64,000 nucleotides of DNA, taken from a virus. The notes beneath the pieces are model-generated. The model had not been told where the DNA came from. It searched no databases and saw only the letters and a list, made by a program, of their open reading frames with translations. Of this stretch, positions 59,763 to 64,000 are shown in pieces (position 1 is the stretch's first letter; each line of letters starts with the position of its first letter). The translations under genes and the position numbers were made by a program. The stretch covers positions 3,129 through 67,128 of the IMG/VR virus record IMGVR_UViG_3300025849_000032. One strand, 5' to 3'.

Positions 59763-59839
59763 ATTTTTACTTTTCTTTGTTTAACTTCTAATGCTGCTAT
59801 AACGTAAAACGTTATAATTCCGATTATGTAGTATACCAT
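59759..59839 (-). CDS. Tiny single-TM protein, 26 aa
   Basis: MVYYIIGIITFYVIAALEVKQRKVKI; ATGA overlap with next gene. Confidence 0.5.
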   Translation of the reverse strand: MVYYIIGIITFYVIAALEVKQRKVKI

Positions 59840-60094
59840 TTAGTCTAATAAGATCATATAAGCTTCTGCATTATTTCTTCTGAACCAGTCTAAACCTTTG
59901 CGAAGGTTAATCACAATGCTATCGTTGGCTATACCCATCTCATAAGCTACCGAAGAGCCTATTACGAAGTCGTACATTGATAACTCTTTCGCGTTTAATT
60001 TGATTGAACCGCCACCGAAACGGTTTTCTACGATGTCCCCACGCTGATATACTTCTCCTTTGAACCATTTTGGTAATTCTTGTTTTTTGTTCAT
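59840..60094 (-). CDS. Hypothetical early protein
   Basis: LPKWFKG..VENRFGG..AYMILLD. Confidence 0.7.
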   Translation of the reverse strand: MNKKQELPKWFKGEVYQRGDIVENRFGGGSIKLNAKELSMYDFVIGSSVAYEMGIANDSIVINLRKGLDWFRRNNAEAYMILLD

Positions 60095-60096
60095 AA

Positions 60097-60330
60097 TTAT
60101 AGTTTGTTAATAAATTTCCTACCTTCTAAAATATCTACGTAACTCAACTCAAATATATTTTCATGAGAGAAGTTGATCACAGACCTAACTGTGCTAACTG
60201 GTAGGTCTTGCCACCAATAACTTGCCTGTAGTTCATCTTTTAAAGCGTTAATAGAGTAAGGATATAAATCCTGTTGATCTAAAATGTTTTTTTTGAGCGT
60301 TGGTTTCATTCTTTGCCATAAGTTTTCCAT
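60097..60330 (-). CDS. Hypothetical early protein
   Basis: 77 aa ORF. Confidence 0.65.
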   Translation of the reverse strand: MENLWQRMKPTLKKNILDQQDLYPYSINALKDELQASYWWQDLPVSTVRSVINFSHENIFELSYVDILEGRKFINKL

Positions 60331-60449
60331 TAGTATCTTCCTTTTTTACGTCGTTTTTCAGACTCTTTGTTTAACTTTTCTATTAATTTTATGCAGACGT
60401 CAGATGAAATCTCTTCTGCGTAGTACATATCGTAAATAAATCTTCTCAT
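60330..60449 (-). CDS. Small protein, 39 aa, not in ORF track
   Basis: MRRFIYDMYYAEEISSDVCIKLIEKL...; TAATG coupling. Confidence 0.55.
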   Translation of the reverse strand: MRRFIYDMYYAEEISSDVCIKLIEKLNKESEKRRKKGRY

Positions 60450-60460
60450 ATTCGTAATTT

Positions 60461-60507
60461 TAGTAGCTAGTGAGGGGTCGAACCTCATATAAGTACCATA
60501 CCTAGCT
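60461..60507 (-). ncRNA. Anticodon-less tRNA-like RNA, copy 1
   Basis: AGCTAG-GTATGGTAC-TTATA-TGAGG-TTCGACC-CCTCA-CTAGCT-ACTA; intergenic. Confidence 0.65.
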
Positions 60508-60518
60508 GGTTAAGCGTG

Positions 60519-60851
60519 TTATTCTTCGTTTTTAACCCTGAAGAAGTCAGATATTATTTCTTGAAACTCCTCTTTTATAGCGTCAATTAAATTGCATGGG
60601 TTACAGTGTGAAACTTGTATTCTATTGTCGTAATCTATTTCAAATTCAAAGTCATAGTTGTCACAATCACTGAAATCAATAGCATCTATATGGACACATA
60701 ACCTTTCGTTAAGCTCTATTGCTTGCTGTTCTGTTATAGCAGGACTGTTTAACTCTTCTAACTTCCATTGTAAGTCGGATATTTCTTGCGAGTTTTCAGC
60801 TTTTTTAGACTGTAGCTCTTGTAACCTTAATTCGATTTGTTCTTTTTGCAT
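60519..60851 (-). CDS. Hypothetical acidic coiled-coil protein
   Basis: Directly downstream of class I promoter. Confidence 0.7.
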   Translation of the reverse strand: MQKEQIELRLQELQSKKAENSQEISDLQWKLEELNSPAITEQQAIELNERLCVHIDAIDFSDCDNYDFEFEIDYDNRIQVSHCNPCNLIDAIKEEFQEIISDFFRVKNEE

Positions 60852-60870
60852 GATGTTTGTTTTAGTTTGT

Positions 60871-60904
60871 TATATTATCTAATAGTGATCGTATTTAGTC
60901 TGTA
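60871..60904 (-). promoter_or_regulatory. Class I promoter copy
   Basis: TACAGACTAAATACGA-N9-GATAATATA. Confidence 0.8.
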
Positions 60905-61026
60905 AAAACTGCGTACACTTTTACTTTTTTTACAGTACATATCAATTCTCTTGTACTTTTTTCAACTTTTTCAGTTGATTTTACCCTGTATTTAGGGTTT
61001 TTACTGTTTAATTTACGCTTTTTCAT
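60895..61026 (-). CDS. Small basic protein, 43 aa (MKKRKLNSKNPKY...), not in ORF track
   Basis: ATG 61026 to TAA 60895. Confidence 0.55.
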   Translation of the reverse strand: MKKRKLNSKNPKYRVKSTEKVEKSTRELICTVKKVKVYAVFTD

Positions 61027-61041
61027 AATAAAGTCCTTTAT

Positions 61042-61686
61042 TTATAATTTGTAGCCTGCGATTACTCTTGTTCCGTTAATAATTACTTCAACTGTGTCTG
61101 GCGACTTGTTAGCTTTAGCTTGAAACTTTAAACCTTCCCAATTTAAACGAGATATTAAGACGTTATCTAACTCGTGCACCTCACTATAAGCTTCTTTGTA
61201 TTTTAAATACTTATCACGAGGTACAGTTATTGTACTAAGTGGACGTTTGGAGTGTTTAAACTCACAATTCTCTTTGATTTGCCCGACATTCCAGTCATCG
61301 CAACTGTATACTTTGTTATTTTTATAACGGTTTTTAAGTATATAGTTAGCTAAGTAAACAAGTTGGTCATCAAAGTTTCGAATAAAAACTGGTTTTTTAG
61401 TCTTATATTTAGCGTATTTCTTATCCCAAGTACTCCGGTATACTTCAGTAGTTTCATACTTTTTGTTAATATACCATGGAGAATGACTATACTCACTTAC
61501 ATCTCGTATATAACCTGATTCATAAATAGCGTATTTATAGGTATCACTAGCACCTGTATATATCAATCTATTTACAGGAACTTCATATACTGTCGTACCA
61601 TTCTTTGATTGCTTTTTACTCGATATATCTTTTATACCTAGTAGCTCGAACATCATTAGAGCTTCATTTTTTGTTTTTATTTCCAT
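61042..61686 (-). CDS. Hypothetical early protein (start 61686, not 61770, which lies inside the tRNA)
   Basis: A-rich leader before ATG 61686. Confidence 0.7.
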   Translation of the reverse strand: MEIKTKNEALMMFELLGIKDISSKKQSKNGTTVYEVPVNRLIYTGASDTYKYAIYESGYIRDVSEYSHSPWYINKKYETTEVYRSTWDKKYAKYKTKKPVFIRNFDDQLVYLANYILKNRYKNNKVYSCDDWNVGQIKENCEFKHSKRPLSTITVPRDKYLKYKEAYSEVHELDNVLISRLNWEGLKFQAKANKSPDTVEVIINGTRVIAGYKL

Positions 61687-61745
61687 GTTTTTTTTCTTAA
61701 TTGGTATTAATCTACCTGATTGATCTAAATATCTGTTACTCATAG

Positions 61746-61819
61746 TACCCGAGATGAGATTCGAACTCATAACCTACGCCTTAGAAGGGCGTTGCTCTAT
61801 CCAGTTGAGCTACTCGGGC
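61746..61819 (-). tRNA. trnR: tRNA-Arg (anticodon TCT), CCA not encoded
   Basis: GCCCGAG-TA-GCTC-AACTGGATA-GAGC-A-ACGCC-CTTCTAA-GGCGT-AGGTT-ATGAG-TTCGAAT-CTCAT-CTCGGGT-A; AGA is visibly the dominant Arg codon in the window. Confidence 0.95.
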
Positions 61820-61834
61820 AAAGTGGTAGTTTTA

Positions 61835-62044
61835 CTACCGAAGACAAGTACCGTAACCTTTACGACGACTTGCTTTGTAAATAGCATCAGCTAATTCCTG
61901 ACTTACTATTTGAATTGTGTTACCAGTTTTGTGGTTAGTTATTGGTGCACATGCATACCTTGCGGTAGTTGAGCAATTAATACATGTTTTATAACCTAAA
62001 TCTAATCTACCTTGTGGTATTTCTTTTGTACATCTACATTTCAT
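61835..62044 (-). CDS. DksA/TraR-type C4 zinc-finger-like protein
   Basis: CRCTKEIPQGRLDLGYKTCINC. Confidence 0.65.
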   Translation of the reverse strand: MKCRCTKEIPQGRLDLGYKTCINCSTTARYACAPITNHKTGNTIQIVSQELADAIYKASRRKGYGTCLR

Positions 62045-62057
62045 ATCGTTTGTTTAT

Positions 62058-62091
62058 TATATTATCCAATGTAGTTCGTATTTATTTTGTA
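62058..62091 (-). promoter_or_regulatory. Class I promoter copy
   Basis: TACAAAATAAATACGA-N9-GATAATATA. Confidence 0.8.
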
Positions 62092-62339
62092 TAATTCTCA
62101 GGAGATGGTATTTCTGGTCTGTAAGATAAGAACATTTTCATAGCTTCGTCAAGTTGGTCTTCACCATACTTCTGAATACTAGTTATAGTATCTAGTATCT
62201 TAGACTCGTGTTGTTGTCCCCATCTCCAGCTTCTACCGTCACTGCTGTACTGATAATACCAGTCGTGCTCCATGCACTGTTTTTCTAATTGTACGAATAA
62301 GTGTTTGCACTCGCTTGCTGTTTTTGACATTTTACTCAT
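62082..62339 (-). CDS. Hypothetical early protein (HDWYYQYSSD motif)
   Basis: 85 aa ORF in overlapping chain. Confidence 0.7.
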   Translation of the reverse strand: MSKMSKTASECKHLFVQLEKQCMEHDWYYQYSSDGRSWRWGQQHESKILDTITSIQKYGEDQLDEAMKMFLSYRPEIPSPENYTK

Positions 62340-62613
62340 TTTTATTTTCGTTTAGTATTATTAATTTTAGTACATACTCGCAAGGATCATCCATTACTTT
62401 GAAAACCTCGTCCATTCTCTCGTTTAGCAACCAAGCTTCTTCGTGTATAAAGAACTTTTCATTGTTCTCGTCTACAATATCGAAAGCATCGTCTTCCGGG
62501 TGATACATCAAACCATCTTTATATAGCCTGTTAAGGAAGTACTTAGCTTGATCTTCACGGTGTATATGAAGCATAAAGTATATTCTAGTAGTATTTATCT
62601 TGCTGTGTTTCAT
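62332..62613 (-). CDS. Hypothetical early protein (YHPEDDA motif)
   Basis: 93 aa ORF. Confidence 0.65.
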   Translation of the reverse strand: MKHSKINTTRIYFMLHIHREDQAKYFLNRLYKDGLMYHPEDDAFDIVDENNEKFFIHEEAWLLNERMDEVFKVMDDPCEYVLKLIILNENKNE

Positions 62614-62791
62614 TGTACTGTTGTATTTCTATATTTAGTTTCTCTACTTCCCACTTATCAATCTCAGTTTCTGAGACCCACTCGTTGGTTTGTTTTGATT
62701 TGTAGTACTCACCGCCTACCATGTAGACTTCATCGTGAGTAAATAATCTATTCTCTGACATAAGTATATCCTTTGTAGTTAAACCATTCAT
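62585..62791 (-). CDS. Hypothetical early protein (start probably later, MSENRLF)
   Basis: Overlapping chain of small ORFs. Confidence 0.55.
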   Translation of the reverse strand: MNGLTTKDILMSENRLFTHDEVYMVGGEYYKSKQTNEWVSETEIDKWEVEKLNIEIQQYNETQQDKYY

Positions 62792-62948
62792 TTATTCCTT
62801 CGACTTCAGTTTCATACTCGACACAACCGAAGTTCTTAGGTAATTCACCTACGTTGTATGGTCTCCACTCAGTGTAGAAGGTAACACCACCGATTTCTTC
62901 GCTCATAATTATAGAGGAGTCTTCTCGAACTGTTTTAATTGTTTTCAT
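62748..62948 (-). CDS. Hypothetical early protein
   Basis: Directly downstream of class I promoter. Confidence 0.65.
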   Translation of the reverse strand: MKTIKTVREDSSIIMSEEIGGVTFYTEWRPYNVGELPKNFGCVEYETEVEGINEWFNYKGYTYVRE

Positions 62949-62971
62949 ATCTTTGTTATTTTAAATTCATA

Positions 62972-63005
62972 TATATTATCCACACTCATTCGTGTTTAGT
63001 TTGTG
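62972..63005 (-). promoter_or_regulatory. Class I promoter copy
   Basis: CACAAACTAAACACGA-N9-GATAATATA. Confidence 0.8.
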
Positions 63006-63010
63006 AATAA

Positions 63011-63274
63011 TTAGTTTCTGTGGTGATGACATACTCCACTAGAGTGCTTAGTTTTTACTCTACAAGAGTTTCCTGACTTAGCGTTTGAGGTACATATAGT
63101 AGCAATAACTGTAGCTGCTTTTTTGTACTCATGATTATGTCGCCAACATAAGTCATTAGCGTTCACAGTTAGTAAACATCGATCACCTTTTTTAGTCATA
63201 GAAACGCACTGTGTATTCTGAGCGAATAAACTCATAGTAGCAAACATACTCGCAATTAGTAATTTCTTTTTCAT
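63011..63274 (-). CDS. Secreted small protein with two Cys/His (CxxxxxxGxxC...CxxH) repeats
   Basis: Signal peptide MKKKLLIASMFATMSLFA-Q; CVSMTKKGDRC..LCWRH and CTSNAKSGNSC..VCHHH. Confidence 0.8.
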   Translation of the reverse strand: MKKKLLIASMFATMSLFAQNTQCVSMTKKGDRCLLTVNANDLCWRHNHEYKKAATVIATICTSNAKSGNSCRVKTKHSSGVCHHHRN

Positions 63275-63301
63275 AGTAATTTAATTTAATAGTTAATAAT
63301 T

Positions 63302-63346
63302 TAGTAGTAGTTTGAGAATCGAACTCACTTGAACACCGTGACTACT
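63302..63346 (-). ncRNA. Anticodon-less tRNA-like RNA, copy 2
   Basis: AGTAGT-CACGGTG-TTCAA-GTGAG-TTCGATT-CTCAA-ACTACT-ACTA; intergenic. Confidence 0.6.
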
Positions 63347-63405
63347 TTACTTATTCATATTTGATTTACCAGGAAACAAGTAACTAACTGGACTTTAATT
63401 TAGTA

Positions 63406-63675
63406 TTACGCTTCAACAACTTCCGGAGTTGGTAATACTATTGAGATCACTGCATCGGTATCTCTTACTACTTTAGGTAAGTTACCTGAGGAAGTATACG
63501 ACTTATACTTTGACCAGCAATTCATAGTCTCAAGTGAAGACTTCATTAAGTCGAACGCTTTGTCGTGAGAATAAGTAATTTGATTACCATTTTTGAATGT
63601 TACTTCAATGTTTTGACCTTTACCGATTAGTGACTGACGTACTACGAATCTTTTTGATTTTAATAGATTTTCCAT
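63406..63675 (-). CDS. First early gene, hypothetical protein
   Basis: Downstream of the outermost class I promoter; KRFVVRQSLIGK. Confidence 0.75.
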   Translation of the reverse strand: MENLLKSKRFVVRQSLIGKGQNIEVTFKNGNQITYSHDKAFDLMKSSLETMNCWSKYKSYTSSGNLPKVVRDTDAVISIVLPTPEVVEA

Positions 63676-63722
63676 AATTTTTGTTTTAGTTTAAAGTTTG
63701 TTTGTTTGTTTTTAGTTACGTT

Positions 63723-63756
63723 TATATTATCCGTACTCGTTCGTGTTTAGTTTGTA
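63723..63756 (-). promoter_or_regulatory. Class I promoter copy heading the early arm
   Basis: TACAAACTAAACACGA-N9-GATAATATA. Confidence 0.8.
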
Positions 63757-63947
63757 TAAAAGTAGGTTAATTATTAAGTGGATAAAAATAGTTGAGGAGT
63801 ATACCACCGTCACTCTAACTGACAGATTGTCATATTATATAATAAACAATATATAAGTAAGATCGGAATACAACTCGGCGAGATCTGACGATAATAGTTA
63901 AATAGTAGATCGGCCAATGGAACACACAAAGTGAACCATTTCTAAAA

Positions 63948-63996
63948 GTGTGACATTAGGTTGTTAGACTAAGATAGTAACAGGCTATTGTCACAG
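63948..63996. repeat. Inverted-repeat site, copy 2 (non-coding region, candidate origin/operator)
   Basis: GTGTGACATTAG...AGGCTATTGTCACAG. Confidence 0.85.
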
Positions 63997-64000
63997 TTTT

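Noticed and set aside
61687-61770. N-terminal extension of ORF 61042-61770
   Set aside because: Overlaps the tRNA-Arg gene; ATG at 61686 has the typical A-rich leader
53778-63756. CRISPR array or mini-array interpretation of the repeated 34-bp motif
   Set aside because: Copies are separated by 0.7-4.6 kb of genes, have a variable 9-nt core and sit before start codons, which fits promoters
1-64000. Stop-codon reassignment as in some crAss-like phages
   Set aside because: Standard code gives dense, full-length genes; TAG and TGA serve as normal stops (portal, capsid and giant protein end in TAG)

Overview
About 64 kb of a lytic, AT-rich tailed phage (podovirus-type) genome, probably most of it. 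It resembles the marine Bacteroidetes/Flavobacteria phages that encode GroEL/GroES and crAss-like/P22-type tail proteins. The host is inferred from A-rich leaders lacking Shine-Dalgarno sites and from gene content. The + strand (1-46256) carries chaperonins, lysis, packaging, capsid, tail, ejection and receptor-binding genes. The - strand (46310-63675) carries nucleotide metabolism, replication/recombination genes, a sigma factor, tRNA-Arg(UCU) and many small early genes. The two arms meet at a bidirectional terminator. Main observations: (1) The 2575-aa virion/ejection protein looks like a self-processing polyprotein: an HExxH protease followed by modules separated by a repeated [IM]K[FWK]S motif, one of which resembles a sigma-70 factor. 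(2) There are two phage promoter classes with fixed spacing (six early copies and four middle/late copies), neither matching the Bacteroidetes housekeeping consensus, suggesting an injected-sigma to encoded-sigma cascade. (3) Two ~46-nt anticodon-less tRNA mimics lie in the early region. (4) A secreted early protein shares the Cys/His repeats found at the C-terminus of the ejection protein. (5) A T4 gp42-like dCMP hydroxymethylase sits beside MazG-type enzymes. (6) A duplicated TGTGACA...TGTCACA site is linked to a PriCT-HTH protein, and no DNA polymerase gene is present in the window. All protein calls come from motif recognition by eye, not database searches.
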